A stretch of 63,140 nt of DNA, the filler included, from Asterionella formosa (taxonomy: Eukaryota), in NCBI GenBank assembly GCA_002256025.1. It is 14 parts of 14 records of this genome, joined end to end, with 100 filler letters (N's around TTAATTAATTAA, not from the genome) between each part and the next. Parts side by side here need not be neighbours in the genome. Positions count along the whole stretch, not along the records: positions 22,702 to 24,091 come from NKIB01002675.1; positions 24,192 to 25,580 come from NKIB01002676.1; positions 25,681 to 48,256 come from NKIB01002677.1; 11 more parts are not named here. One strand, written 5' to 3'. This document shows, piece by piece, positions 22,726 to 36,000 of the stretch (position 1 is the stretch's first letter; each line of letters begins with the position of its first letter). A program made the position numbers and the translations under genes. The notes below the pieces were generated by a model that had not been told where the DNA came from, did no database searches, and saw only the letters and a program-made list of their open reading frames with translations.

Positions 22726-24091
22726 CTATGATACCCTATAGCTATGACCTGAGATGCGAAATACTTTAGCTTCTTGAGTGGCAGTTTTGCCCTGAGATGC
22801 GTAAATGGAATGTTGTTTACCGAGTTGAGCAAAAGGATAATTGTTGATGCTTCCCCACTGATTTATGACAAAATGCATTTCAGTTTTACCAGACACTCTG
22901 ACATCATCAACATTATTACTTTTCTGTTTCCAAAATCCGATTAAAGAAAGAAAGGATACTGCCCCATTATCCATACTAGTAAGTCTGGTCCTGTTAACAC
23001 CCCAGTGACATTTCTGTTGAACATTGGTATTTGTCATAACAAAGAGGGGTCTAAAACCGTTGCACCTACCTGTAATTGTTACTTCAGAGTTCATAAATGC
23101 AACAAAACACTGTGCATATGAACCATACAAGGTCATGTACCAAAAATCATTATTGACCACAGGACCAATAGATTTCAGGGAAACAAGCCCTTCTGCATGA
23201 CTGATCCTCTGCTGTGCAGGGAAAAGAACTTCTGGCATCTTAACACAAATGTCAATAAAGCAAGTAATACCGCTGTCCCTTGTATTATTCCTGTACTGAA
23301 GATGATTATTCCAGAAATTAGGAAAAAAATTCTGGTTAACAAGGAATTCCTCTTGCCCTTCGAGGGTTTTTTGTCAACAGCAGGAATTGCCATAAACAAT
23401 AATGTCATAGGTTTGTTTGTTATGCCCAAACCATTTTTATTAGTCTCAACAAAATCAGAAGCATCAGACAACCTGTATACACCAATATTTTGAAATATAT
23501 TGGAAAATAAATTCACACATTTTGCACTGAGAAGATCGGAAAGAGGATTACTCAATATTCCAATCCCAAATTCTTCATGATCTTCTCCAACTTTTGAAAT
23601 CTCAATAGTTGCTCCACATCCTGGAGGAAGTCGTGCTACAATGGTAGGATGATATGATTGATTTCTTCGTGCCGTCATGGCAACTGTTTGAAGATGACTT
23701 GACTGGCCAAATGTTTTGATTGTCAATATCCCATCTTTTTCTTTTAACAAATTGTTCCCTCGAAAGTTGTCATTATAACTCTTAACACTACTATCAGCTA
23801 TGACACCAAAATTCTGTTCATTGCCTCCGATTTCAGAACAAACCAAAGTAACTCCTTCCTCTTCGGATTCAAAGTCATCAAGAAGCCTGATAGGTTCAAG
23901 GAATGATTGGCTAGGATTTGCTTTTTGTGTAAATTTAGAATTCCATGATGGCGGTGTCTCATAATTCACACTATCATTCCTTGGGAAAATTGCAGAACAA
24001 TTCCTCCCTGCAGTGTCTTCAACTCGGACAGAGTCTGGTGTCACAATATCTCTTCTACTCGATTGTTGCCCAGAATCAAACACAATTTTTT
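22726..24091 (-). CDS. Hypothetical protein, probably one gene split by a 1-nt frameshift at the A6 run (23367-23372)
   Basis: The frame of ORF 22726-23238 stays open upstream (..TLEGQEEFLVNQNFFPNFWNNHLQYRNNTRDSGITCFIDICVK-MPE) to just past the A6 run, so one extra A would fuse it with ORF 23175-24083. AT-rich; family unknown. Confidence 0.55.
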
Positions 24092-24191
24092 NNNNNNNNN
24101 NNNNNNNNNNNNNNNNNNNNNNNNNNNNNNNNNNNTTAATTAATTAANNNNNNNNNNNNNNNNNNNNNNNNNNNNNNNNNNNNNNNNNNNN

Positions 24192-24349
24192 TCATCCTTG
24201 AGCATTTGCCTTCCAGTGGCATCGTAGGACTGAAGCGCGTCCAGAAAGATACGCTCCTTTTCGGCTACTGTGAGACGAATGAGTTCCCCACTTTCCGGAT
24301 CGACGACACAGTATTCCTCGTCAGGACTACTTTCGTTTTTGCTTGATTC
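24192..24349 (-). pseudogene. PGRL1: PGRL1-like exon fragment, copy 1 (cut by contig end)
   Basis: After a TTTCCCCATAG acceptor the frame reads ESSKNESSPDEEYCVVDPESGELIRLTVAEKERIFLDALQSYDATGRQMLKD. Near-identical to 53070-53229. Confidence 0.75.
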
Positions 24350-24700
24350 CTATGGGGAAAGATGAAAGTAAGAATTTTATTTACTCATAAATAGTTACTA
24401 ACAAAATGGTTATTTGTTTTTAATCAAGTACAGCCATTTGCAAATAACCGGACGCTGGTGTCGTTTCTTTTGCTCCATCGACCGAGTCGGACAGAAGTGT
24501 CATGTATATGACAAGTCTCTTCGTTCCAACCACTCCTCATATTCGAAATCGTTTGATTCGTCGTTGTGGCAAGTTTTGTTGCGCAGGAAGTCACAAATAG
24601 GCGGGAGACATCCATCAACCAAGTCGGACAGAAGTGTCAGGTCAGTTCTTGTCACATCTCTTCGTTCCAACTCCTCTTATTCGAAACCGTTTGACTTTCA

Positions 24701-24895
24701 CAGCCTCTCTAAAGAGCTGCAACAGAAAAAAATAGGGATAAACATAGTACCACCATAACCGTACATGGCAGCCTCTACAGAGCTGCGAGAGAAAATAATA
24801 GGGAAAAACATAGTACCACCATAACCGTACATCGCAGCCTCTACAGAGCTGCGACAGAAAATAATAGGGAAAAACATAGTACCACCATAACCGTA
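24701..24895. repeat. 66-68-bp minisatellite, 3 copies
   Basis: CAGCCTCTACAGAGCTGCGACAGAAAATAATAGGGAAAAACATAGTACCACCATAACCGTA units start at 24701, 24769 and 24835. Confidence 0.92.
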
Positions 24896-25007
24896 GGTGC
24901 TACTTAAAAGTGCTGATAAAAGATGTAGACGTACTACCTGGTACCGGTAGTAACTCGTCAGCCTGGCTAATTATCACGCCAGTTAAATTCATAAAAGCAA
25001 GGAAGCC

Positions 25008-25379
25008 ATGACGAAACGTATGAAACGTCATTACCTGACAGTTCCCAAAGAACACCAAGAGATGTTAAAGGCAAACAACAACTATAAAGCATTCTACCAG
25101 ATGAATATGGAGGATCTCCATGACAGTGACATTCCTGAGTATAGGCGACTCGATAAAAAAAGATTCAAGAAATATTTCATTGAGTGCTATGCTGAGACAT
25201 CGGGCAATTTCTCTGCTTACAATATAAGGGAACGAGCTTGCCATACTGAGGAGCTGATCAGAAGATATGCTGCTGCAAGAGAAGAAAATGTTCATCTACC
25301 TTATGAACATTACCTTACTACGGGTAGTAGTGTTCGGAGAAATATGATGCAGTTTGAAGGAGAAATGGAAGAGATCTAA
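25008..25379 (+). CDS. Hypothetical protein (123 aa) or gene/TE fragment
   Basis: ATG-initiated ORF with protein-like composition. No family recognised. Confidence 0.35.
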   Translation: MTKRMKRHYLTVPKEHQEMLKANNNYKAFYQMNMEDLHDSDIPEYRRLDKKRFKKYFIECYAETSGNFSAYNIRERACHTEELIRRYAAAREENVHLPYEHYLTTGSSVRRNMMQFEGEMEEI

Positions 25380-25780
25380 CCGTAACACATATACCTAGCT
25401 GTTAGTAAATGATAACTAATTTCGTATCTATGAAACAATGCATTTGCAGAGGATGTTATTTCTATGTATCTCCAACGTCTGCGCGTCCTGCCAATATCTA
25501 CTCATTACCTCAATCGTTTTGACTGGTGGCATCGAGTAAAACATTTGCGAGAACGAATGGATCGATGGGATATTGATCACNNNNNNNNNNNNNNNNNNNN
25601 NNNNNNNNNNNNNNNNNNNNNNNNTTAATTAATTAANNNNNNNNNNNNNNNNNNNNNNNNNNNNNNNNNNNNNNNNNNNNTGCAGTCAGACTGCAAAAGA
25701 ATTTAAGTTGGTGTCCCATCAATCACACCTTCCTCTCCTTACCAGCAGGTACGAAGTAGTCTACCGCTGCTGCATACCGA

Positions 25781-25828
25781 GTACCAGGTACCAGGTACCA
25801 GGTACCAGGTACCAGGTACCAGGTACCA
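25781..25828. repeat. (GTACCAG)n heptamer array, 6 full units plus 1 partial
   Basis: Perfect tandem array. Shorter arrays of the same unit are dispersed through intergenic DNA. Confidence 0.97.
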
Positions 25829-26438
25829 ATGGTACATGAATGAGGATGGGGTTTAAAATTGTGTGTTCGAGCGGTACCAGGTGGTACCAGCCAGTACAGT
25901 GTAATAGCTAATTTTATGTACTCGTACAGTGTATATTCCTACGATGATCGTGCGTACAGTTATGGTTTAATTAAACCAAAAAATTAAACCCCCAGTTAAA
26001 CCGGGTTTAATTTTTCTACTGGCAAATACTGTTGTAACACGGTGCTTCCACTAGTATTTTCAGATCAATACCATGCCAGTATTAAAATGACCCAGTAGAC
26101 GCATACCAGAGGCCTACAGGAAAATACAACTTGGGTTTAATTTTACCAATTACGGGAACGTATACATACGGTACCTGGTACCAGGGGGTACCAGGTACCA
26201 GGGTATAATGTTTGAGGCAATTCACAAACCGGTACATACGACTGGCGGAAAATTTAATGCCTACAAGCAATAATGTGTTTTAAAAAATATATCACTTTTT
26301 TTGCTCTCCATCCTTTTCATGATGAATTGAAAATCTTAGATAATACCGGTAGTCTAGTCGAGGTATACTGGTTCTATATTAGTCAGACATGATGGCTGTA
26401 TCAGCTGAATTCATAATCTGATAAAAAAGCTCCTGCAC

Positions 26439-27748
26439 CTAGAGACAATCATCGACCGTTCTCTCCAAGACAGTATCATCTTTGGGCAAGATGATACTTG
26501 CTGTTGCTCCAGTGTCAAGTAGCTTGCCAACCTCTTTGCGATTATTTAATATCAGGTCTCCCCCAAAGTGTCGCATCATGCTTCGAGACAAGGGTAGACC
26601 AACTCCTAAGGAACTCAAGGGTGATCGCACCATGGCATACGACTGTTGTTCTTCCAATCTGTCCCAACGTTTCGGATCACCTGAACAGGCAAATGCAAAT
26701 GCTCGTGGAATGTTGGATACACCAGGGCCCTGGTCGTGAATGTGAATCATTACAGCTATGGCAGACTCTTCAATTTCCACGACAATGAGCTTCCTGGGGG
26801 TTTTCCTGTGTCTCTTGACGCATGCAGCCATGCTGTTTTTTAACAATTCAACAAGCGCATGATGGATCCATGGTCTAATTACGGTTAACGTGGGATAATA
26901 CTCGGGCACGATAATCTCTGGGACGACAGGTAGATGTGCTTCCACCATGTGCTTGGCTTCGGTTACGGCATCTGAAATGACCTCGTCTAACGGGCAATCC
27001 ACAGAAATCCCCCCAGTCGGTTTCTTTGGTAGTTGTACAGCGTGATCGCAAAGCAGTTGTATTCCCAAACGAGCGGAGAGAAAGGAATCTACCAATGTTG
27101 TGGGTATTGTGTAATGCGGTCGTGTGTTAATTGTCAAATCCGCCAAGACTTCGACTGTTGAGGCATGCCGTGACCTGATTTCTTCCATGGTTGCTTTGAG
27201 AAGGTGCTGATGAGCTTTGTTAAATTGAAGAAAGACGTGAGATTGCTCCAATAGATCAGATGATAATTGAAATGTGTCGTTGTGCAACACTTGAAGATTG
27301 TGAATGGCTTTTAACGCATCGTTGAGTACCTGTATCAGGAAGCATAGTGAGAGCCAAGCTTGAATTCGCATAACAAGACGGTGGTGGTATTTGTCTGTCT
27401 TTGTACTAATACACGCAACACAGATTGCTAGTTGCGACACAATGCTGTACCTACCTTGCTCCTATTCTCATGCTGATTCCAGTCTTTCCAGTGCGAAAGC
27501 GGCTGGTTTACAGCTCGGATAATTGTTTTGCTTTCTAAAAGTGTTGTTGCTGCTTCCCAACCTTGGTTGAGCTCGTTTTTCAACAATTTTAGCCGCGATT
27601 GTTGTCCTTTTAACCGGATTGCCACATCTTGAAGCAGCGCCTGACTTGTTTCTCCAGAATTCCCTTGGTTCGCCAGAGCGTGCATCGACCATTGTCTAGC
27701 TTTGCATGCTGGAGTCGAGAGAACTCGTTCAATGGCTGTCCGTGTCAT
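26439..27748 (-). CDS. Mitochondrial pyruvate/branched-chain ketoacid dehydrogenase kinase family protein (PDK/BCKDK; intron 27330-27454)
   Basis: RHASTV, LVDSFLSARLGIQLL, N-box ELLKNSM, G1 box DQGPG, G2 box LGVGLPLSR..HFGGDL. A phase-0 intron GTAGGT..CAG joins NRSK to VLNDA. Confidence 0.88.
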
Positions 27749-29129
27749 GGTCAACTGATGAGGTGTGATGTGCTAATGATGATCGTGTCACAAAAACAAT
27801 TTTTGTAAAGAACTTCACCACATCAATTTGTCGTCATCGTCATCGTCATCGCTCATTTTCATTCTTTTGGTGGTGTCGTGCGTGTGTCGCTTCTCATAAT
27901 TAGTATTTAAATATATTACCAGTACTACCTGTATTCATTACGTGTTCCCTTAATATATATTTAGTAATTTGTTTACACACTTCAAAACATCTATCTAGGT
28001 GTAAGAAACGTATTCCGCCTCATACATAACAACACAATTACATACGCCAGGGGTCCATCATGTGAATGGAGGGGGAACATTTAGTATCCAAATGGGAATG
28101 ATCTAACCGACACACTTGTCACCTGCATCATCTCGAGTAGAAAATGCATATTGCTTCTATCGAGGGCTTGCTCTTTTAAGGACGTGGATCAAGCAGGCCG
28201 ATCAAAAGAATTTTTGCAACTTTACCAGAACAGAGGGAGTCTAAGCGACCCTTTAACCAGCATGAGGGAATCAATTTGTGAGACCCAATGTCGAGATCAG
28301 ACATCGTAGTAGCAAGTGATGGTCTGAAGATGTAAAAACTAATGCCTCTCACTAGGCTAAATATTAGTCCTAGATGTCCATACTGAATCATGACTCTGGA
28401 TTAGTGTATTTTGTTGCACTATCTTTACATGTCAGACTCATCAAGTTATTTGGTACTCCATCTGGGCGAAAACAATTGCAACAAATCACCAGCACCACTA
28501 GTGCCTTAACTGTTTGCATCTGAAGGATTACATAGCCAACATATCATCTTTTTACGTGAGGGTCGGCTTTATCGAAATTCACATCTACTCTCTTTCTGTA
28601 ATTTAATTATTTGAAACCTATTGAACATGATACATATATTAATTGCGAAATGTGCTCATCGCCAAATGCCGTTTTTCATCTCTCAGCTGGCTAGTGATTG
28701 CCACAGAGTTAACTCCCGGGCAGAATGAGAAACAAAAGACAATCAAATGTTTAAAGTGCCAGCTAATTGGGCAACTTGCAAGAGAATGCACTAGTAATAG
28801 TGCTGAAAGAATACAATTTTTGCACAAAAGTGTCTGAGAATGCACAAACTCAGCTTTTAACAGTGGTATACAATGGGAAAAGAAGGTCAAATAGCATTAA
28901 CCTTTCCTGGTACGACTCTATGGTACAAATAAAGAATCACATGCATGTTATCTGTAACAACACTATGATAAAGTGTTTCAAATGGCGGAACAAGTTTGAT
29001 AGGCAGGGTTTAACATATAATTATTGATGACTGTACTCATACTTGAATGATAGTATAATGTATATATTGATACACACGTGTGTGTGCATATATGCTAAAC
29101 ACCACCCACCTCGCGTCATCGTAGCGTAC

Positions 29130-29195
29130 ATACCAGGTACCAGGTACCAGGTACCAGGTAATAACCACCAGGTACCAGGGGACCAGGGGACCAGT
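29130..29195. promoter_or_regulatory. GTACCAG-motif cluster about 230 bp upstream of the Mic60 start (representative of similar 5'-flank clusters)
   Basis: Four tandem TACCAGG plus degenerate GACCAGG units. The regulatory role is inferred from position only. Confidence 0.4.
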
Positions 29196-29420
29196 AACAA
29201 GACCATGAGGGGAGTTGGATCTTTGCGCAGCATCAAGCACGAGAGCGAGGGCAGTTTCATGCGACGTCGTTGCTATGAGAGAATTGACTAAAATTATATT
29301 CGAGGTAAATCACACGGGAACAGGAGCAGCCAATGGCGACTGGATACAAAAACGAAGAGAAGCGTTCCATTCATTGTTGCAGTTCTTTGAGTCAATCAAT
29401 CATTCAATCATCCGACTACC

Positions 29421-31245
29421 ATGATCCGCCAGATGCTCGTGAGTGTCGCAAGAAAGCGTTCGACTATTACGCTGCGTCATTTCGCTACTGGAACGACAAC
29501 AGCACAAAAACGTGCTCTCAACAAGCTACAGATTGATGCCCACCCTGATCCAGTGACGCCCCCTCCTGCTACACCTCCTCCAGTTAGTGAAGGAGGAGAC
29601 AGTAGTGGACTCGTGCTGCCTGCGTTGGGTGCTATAACAGTCATTGCTGGAGTTGCTTATTACTTTGATGTATTTGGGATCAACAAGGAATTCGAGACAA
29701 CTCCGGCGACCATCAAAGAAGAAACGAAGGAAATCAAGGAAGATCCTGTCTATGAAGTGAAGAAAGAAGGCATTGAGGATGATACCAAGGATACAGAGGA
29801 GGTTTCATCTGCGACAACTGTCGAGGCGGAAGTGGCAATTACTTCTGGAAACCGTGTTGTGTCCATTGACATCCCAAAGGTAGCGCAGCGCGAGATCCCC
29901 CCTGTCCGCGTCATTGAACACCCAGAGACTGGCAACCGCGTTCATATGGATGTGGTTACAGTAAAATCTGAAAAGTTCCCCACAGCAATGGATGCGACCA
30001 AAGAACTATTAAAGACGGAGGAAAATGATACCGCTCTCCAAGAAGCCCACAAGGCACTTTTAGCCAACCAGGACATGACACTGTTTAGAGATTTGGATCA
30101 ATTATCTTCTTCGGAGCTCAAAATTAGAGTTGTTCAGCTGGCCACTTCAATGAAAGATCAGACTAAGTGGGAAGCCGTGCGTCTTCAAGAGCATCTTTCG
30201 CAAAAGGAGAAGGCAGTTGCTGCACAGTAAGTTCGTGGTGTTGTATAGGGCTTTATTTGTTCGTATGGACCTAGGATCTAACCGCTTCAAATAAACCAAT
30301 AGGTACATGGAATCGATGCAGAAGCAAAGAATGGAATTGGAAGACCTTCTAGCCAAAAAGCTTCGTGACCAGCAGGATGCGATGGAGCGACAGGCCAACT
30401 CCATTCTCCAGCAGAAGGACGCTAACATTCAAGCACTAGTCAAAGAGGCCACAGATTCTTTACAGGCACAGTACCAAGCGGCATTTGAAACCGTAGAAGA
30501 GCGAGTTAAAACGGAGTTTGATGCCAATAACAAAAAGGCTTACTTGGAGAAGCTGGACGAGCAAAAGGCCAAGTTTATCAACGACATTCGAGAAAAGGTT
30601 GCCAAGATCGAGCAGCTTTCTGAAAAGCTCCAACAGCTGGAATCCGCATTAAGCGTAAGTCGCTCGTTTGAGAAAGGTTCTCTTCAGGCCCATCAAATGA
30701 GTGCCGCTGCCTTGGCTTTGGCCGAGAAGTTGGAGACTAGCAAGGCGGGACAAGAAGAACTAGACGCTCTTTCTGCTGCGGCCGAAAAGGAGAGCATTAT
30801 TGCGTTGGCTCTGAAAACTATTCCAGAGTCAATCAAATTTGGTATCCCGACTATTTCCGAGCTTCAAACAAAATTTGAAAAGGTCCAGAAGAAGAGTCGA
30901 CAGGCAGCTTTGGTCCCGGAAGGACGAGTTGGATTAGAGGGGCAATTGCTTGGAATACTGTTCAGCACATTGAAGTATGCTCCCAGCCCTGACGATGCCG
31001 CTCCCGAGGAAAACAAAGATGATGCTGAATATGTTCTAGCTAGAGCCAGGCGACATGTGCAGCTTGGGGAATTGGAGCAAGCTGTGGAGCAGTTGAACAA
31101 GCTAAAGGGTCAGCCCGCGTTCACTATTCAGGACTGGAAGAAGAGTGCATTGGACCGCATCGCAACTGACAAGGCTCTTCATGTCATCAAGATGGAATGT
31201 GCAGTGATGAATAAGTCGATGAGTTCTGCCGGAGTAAGCTCATAG
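29421..31245 (+). CDS. MIC60: MICOS subunit Mic60/mitofilin (intron 30227-30302)
   Basis: Arg-rich presequence, single TM segment (LVLPALGAITVIAGVAYYF), long coiled coil, and C-terminal mitofilin domain (GIPTISELQTKF, VLARARRHVQLGELEQAVEQLNKLKG...DW). Intron GTAAGT..TAG. Confidence 0.92.
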
Positions 31246-31889
31246 ACTACTGGATGGTAGCGAATTGCAACATATCACACTCCGCCAATCGTGCTGGTTG
31301 GAGTTGTTCTACTTTACAATTCTGAGTTCTATGTTGAATTCTTGGCGATATTCTATTGTCGAAGTACAAACTAGTATAAGCAATGAAGTCAATATGATGG
31401 GGTTATTCAATCTATGATATCAAGTGTGTGGTATGAAGCATTTCAAATGGGTTACTCCCAGTTGACATGCACAATTACCACTCTAATGCTAGAGCCATCA
31501 CCATTGCTGCATTCCATGATGGCCCTTATAAGGTGGGGATCCTGATAAAAGCTGCTGAAAACATGTCATCATCTATGTCACTAGTATATTTTCCATGTTA
31601 AAAAAATCCAGGTGGAAGCACATGAGGGAACGGAATCTTGATCAAACAATGCGACGACGAGTGTTCGGGCATGCGCCTGCCCGTCTAATACGCATGCACA
31701 ATTCTGTATATATTGGTTCAAACAGTGGTCCTGGTACAATGTAGTGTCGTACCTGCGCCTACCCCTCTCAATGCAACATCCCCGATGCCTTGAAAACTGG
31801 GGTTCAAACTGTGGTCCCCTGGGTATTGTACTACTGGTACTGTGGTACTACCGTTAGGATCAGATACTTCTCTAACATCCATCAAGTCA

Positions 31890-31978
31890 CGTCGATCCAG
31901 CAGATTTTACCTACAGTACAAGGGTACTGGTAGTCATTTCAGCTGATTTGGATTTCATCAGATTTGATGTAAAAACAG
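31890..31978 (+). repeat. Dispersed repeat with an inverted partner at 42053-42123
   Basis: CGTCGAT.CA.CAGATTT..GCTGATTTGGATTTCATCAGAT.TGA.GTAA matches the reverse complement of 42053-42123. Confidence 0.75.
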
Positions 31979-33054
31979 ATAAGCCGTATTCATTATTGCT
32001 ATCGTCAAGCAACTGTTTACTGATCTTATGCAAAGGCTCATCACCAATGAAATCTCCAATCATCTTGTTCTCACTGCCACAATGCTTGACATCTATTTTG
32101 CTATCAAAAATGCCACACCCGGGTGATCTGACACATCAACATACCCGACTCAACTGAGGGTCATTGGCGCTGTTGCTGAGCATCCTCATTATGAGAATCC
32201 CTTGTTTCTTCATTGGGGAAAATGAGAGGATGAACCATGATCATGGTGAACAAAGCAATGCGGCAGTGGTCCAGCGTCGAGCACTTACTTTTTTTGCATT
32301 TTGAGACAACTTCCTGGTACCGTATTATGCTGTAAATCGTGGAATGGAACGCCGGCAAGGTAATATATGAATTCGTATAAATATATATATTGTATAATGC
32401 ATCACAAGAAATATCGAAAAACGATGAAGGTGGGGGAGAGATAGGCTAAGATTCCTTTCAGATAGATTCCTCTTTTCCATGATGACGTGTTTTCAGCACC
32501 TTTTATCAGGAACCGGATTGTGGTGGATTGAAATATTATGTACCGGTAATTGGGTAGACTTTACCTTTAGTCGGAGGAGTCAAACAAACACCCTACCGGT
32601 AGCTGAAGAATGGAACATGGCAGTTTTTTACTGGTAAAGAACGAATGTAGACTACATGCATCAGACGTACACACAAGCACACGTTTGTCGTATGTTTGAC
32701 CTCAGCATCAATGAGTACCGGTATACCAGTATGCCTGTATGAATTGAAAAATATATAACGGTGATAACGGCAATTGATTTGAATCCAATTTTGCGCTGCC
32801 GTCTGACATAGGCATTCGCATCACTCGTCCCCTATGTACCTGGTATTCTACCAGCAAGGCAACTTCACCAGCAGCTGTACAGTCGATATATATACAATAT
32901 TATACTTATCACACTACGGTAGGTACCTGGTACCAGGTACCATTACCTACATTATCGTGTATCCTACAGCTTGCGGATCACTTCGTTTCTCCAATCTGTC
33001 TTCGCCGCATCGCCCATCGTATCGCCTTGAACTGCTTGCTCTCAACGTCAAACA

Positions 33055-36000
33055 ATGCCAGGAGAGGCGACCGAGAGCCTTGGGATTAAGCCAGTAAGAA
33101 CGCGACGAAGGAAACAAATCACAAGTAACAAGGAAAATAATCCTGTACAATCTGCTGCCCCTTCCACTAGGAAGCCCAAACAAAAGGATGTTCTCGTCTT
33201 GGACTACACCACCATTGAATTTGCCGGATCTTCCGAGAGATTGAATCGGTTCCAAAAAGCAGCCAAAACGACATCGTCCCATTCATTTTGGACGTCTGCA
33301 CTGGCTGAATGCGTCGTACGAAGCTCACCTACTATGCTTGTCATGGAAGGTACCGTGTTGATAGAAGATAACTTGTCCGAGATCACCAATATCTGTCGGA
33401 AGCTTATCAAGGAAGCGACAGAGGAAAAGTCGGCTTCCGCAATACTAAATCAAATGCGAGTAGCAGTACACGGACTAAGAGCAGTCAGTTCCTTGCTGTC
33501 TGATATCAGTAAGAAAGAAGCTGCTGTGAAGGTCCTCTACCATGCTGTTTTTGCTGTTTCGAATTCTCTGAAGGAGAAGAAAGGAATTGATTGCATAGAT
33601 GCAACCGAGATTGGTCTCGCTGCGTTTCAAGCAATGGGAAGAATTTTGATGACATGCTCTGTGACGGCAGGTGAAAGCACGGCCATTGTCTTTCAACTGA
33701 AGAGGAACTCGAAACTTAATTTATTCCCGGTTCCGATGTCATGCAAGAAAAAAGCAAGGGGAAATTTATCCAGTGAGCAGATATTGAAGATTGGGATTCA
33801 GGCCTCTTTAGAGGTTTGTTCCTTGCTTTTAGCCTGTAGTTCCGAATCAATCAGTGGTTCATGCATGCAACGAGATGTGCATGGTGATTTTGGAGACTTC
33901 ATTTCTGAGCTATTAGAAAATTCTCATTCTTCGCCTTTCGAAAATTGTCAAGGTATTATTGCTGAGATTGTTACTCCCTGGATTTCCTTTGCGTCTACCA
34001 TCGATTCATCAGGAGATTTTATGGCCTTTTCCAAGACGTCCCTTCGTATTTTGTGGGATGCGGCGTCTAGAATTGAGAAACTTTCAATCACAAAGAATCT
34101 AAAGAGGTCTTTACAACTAAGAAAGCATGCCATTCTGGGATTTCTATTGGCAACCGAGAACCAGCAATCATCGAATAAAGTACGATCATTACTTTCTGAA
34201 GCATCGGTTGATCTAGCATGCACTTACGCTTGGAAATCCGTAGCTGCCTATGTCCAGCAATCATCTATCAGTGTTCCAGTGAATGGCAACGATTGCTTGT
34301 TTGATTTTTATTACCACGTTGGTAGTGCACTTGATTTGTTGCAATCGAAAAGTTGCATGTCATACATTGAATTCTGCGCCTATCGATGTCACCATATTGG
34401 TGTCAGCACAAAACCGTGTTGTACGTGCGACAGTGAGTGTATCTTTGCATGCCTTCCGTTTCGATTCAAACATGATCGCTGTTACCTTCAAGTATCGAAA
34501 TCAAAATCGAAGGCGAGCTTAGGAGTTGCAACTTTATCTGCCATTTTTTTGGTGCGATCCCTCCGTCGTGAGATCGAATATTTATCGAGTGGAACGATTC
34601 ACATTGATGAGCTGAAGGAATATACGAGTACCAACGCTTTGATCAGCACAAGTAATTTAGTTGTTGATTTCTTTGCTTCCGGCTTGGCAATTTCGGACGC
34701 AGACACTCGTTCAAGGTGCTATAAATTGCTCTCGCAACTTTCGCTATCGCGACTCGCCTACCAAATATCTAGCGTTATTTCTGCTGAGCAGCCATCTGTT
34801 ATTGAAATGGATGTCATGGTATCACTTAGTAACGTTCTTTCTAAAGTTATCGGCCCCCTAGCTGAGTCCCTTATTAAGGATTCGATGAATAATCAGCCGA
34901 TTCAGAAGCTATATTGGGAAGCCGCCATGGAAAGCTTTTCTCGTTCAGCCTTGCTACTTGATCCAATCTTTAATCGTTGCTGCAGCAAGAAAGTTTGGGA
35001 GGAAATAATCTCATCATTTTACAATATGCTTCTTGACACCTCAGGTGCACCTGAGGGTGGAGTCGAGAAGGCAGCGAAAGTACTTTATGCCATCGGCAAG
35101 CGCCACTTTGACAAGAAAAGACCACATGAAGCACTGTTACCAATGATGTATGCCACAGAGTTGTTCGCTTCACTTCTGCTAAACGAGGATTGTCCCACCA
35201 TAAACGCCGAAAAGTACAAACTTTCACATCGTTACCATTCTCTCGCCTTTGTATTCGAGTTGCTTAATAGACACACCGAGAAAATTTCTTGCTTGCTTCT
35301 CGCACTCGTCTACGAGGCTATGTGTGCAGCTGCAGATTTGAAGGCGCCTCAATCGGCTAATATCTCTAAAACTTTTCATTTCATGTCGAAATCGTCCAAC
35401 GATTTAGTTTTCTTGGGAGCCGGAGTGCAATCGCCCTGTCGGAAGATGCTACCATCGTTAATTAAGCGTTTGGCTCAAGCGATGATAGCAAGTCCAACGC
35501 GGCAGGATATTAGCCAACAACTAGGTCACGAGATTACGCTCGATCAGTTGAGAAAGGCTCTGGTTGATTCATCGAAAAAGGGATCTGACATTACTCTCCT
35601 TGGGATACGCTCAGAAAATCTCGCAACTTCAGTATTTCGAGACGCACCGCGAAGTGTAAGCTCAAACATGTTTCTACCGATGCTCCAACAAGAGTTGAAA
35701 ATCTTGCTTGATATCGGAATTCAGCTTGGCAATTCTATACGGGACTATAAGGGACACCATGAGGACCACCTACGAACGGATGCACTCACTGTAATGGTTG
35801 ATGAGTTCAGGTCTATTTTACGGGCGGCTTTCATAATTTCGGAACTCTACTTTTCGCAAGCAAGTTCATCAATTCAGAACCTCGCGCGTGGAATGATCTA
35901 TATTATTGGGGCTGGGTCACTTCTCGAATCTGGTTCAAGATGCTATCAGTCAACGACGCTTGCTTCATCCGCACTTTCAAAGGAGCTCATAGAAGGTGCT

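Noticed and set aside
23175..23366. Transmembrane segment at the end of ORF 23175-24083
   Set aside because: Probably out-of-frame translation after the A6 frameshift; the alternative frame is open and continuous with the next ORF.
23367..23372. Programmed -1 ribosomal frameshift
   Set aside because: The A run is not phased as X_XXY_YYZ in the upstream frame; a homopolymer error or mutation is simpler.
24701..24895. CRISPR-like array
   Set aside because: Units are contiguous tandem copies without unique spacers, there are no cas genes, and the context is eukaryotic.
25781..25828. (GTACCAG)n as a telomeric repeat
   Set aside because: Short, internal, in both orientations and lacking a G-rich strand bias; not at demonstrable chromosome ends.
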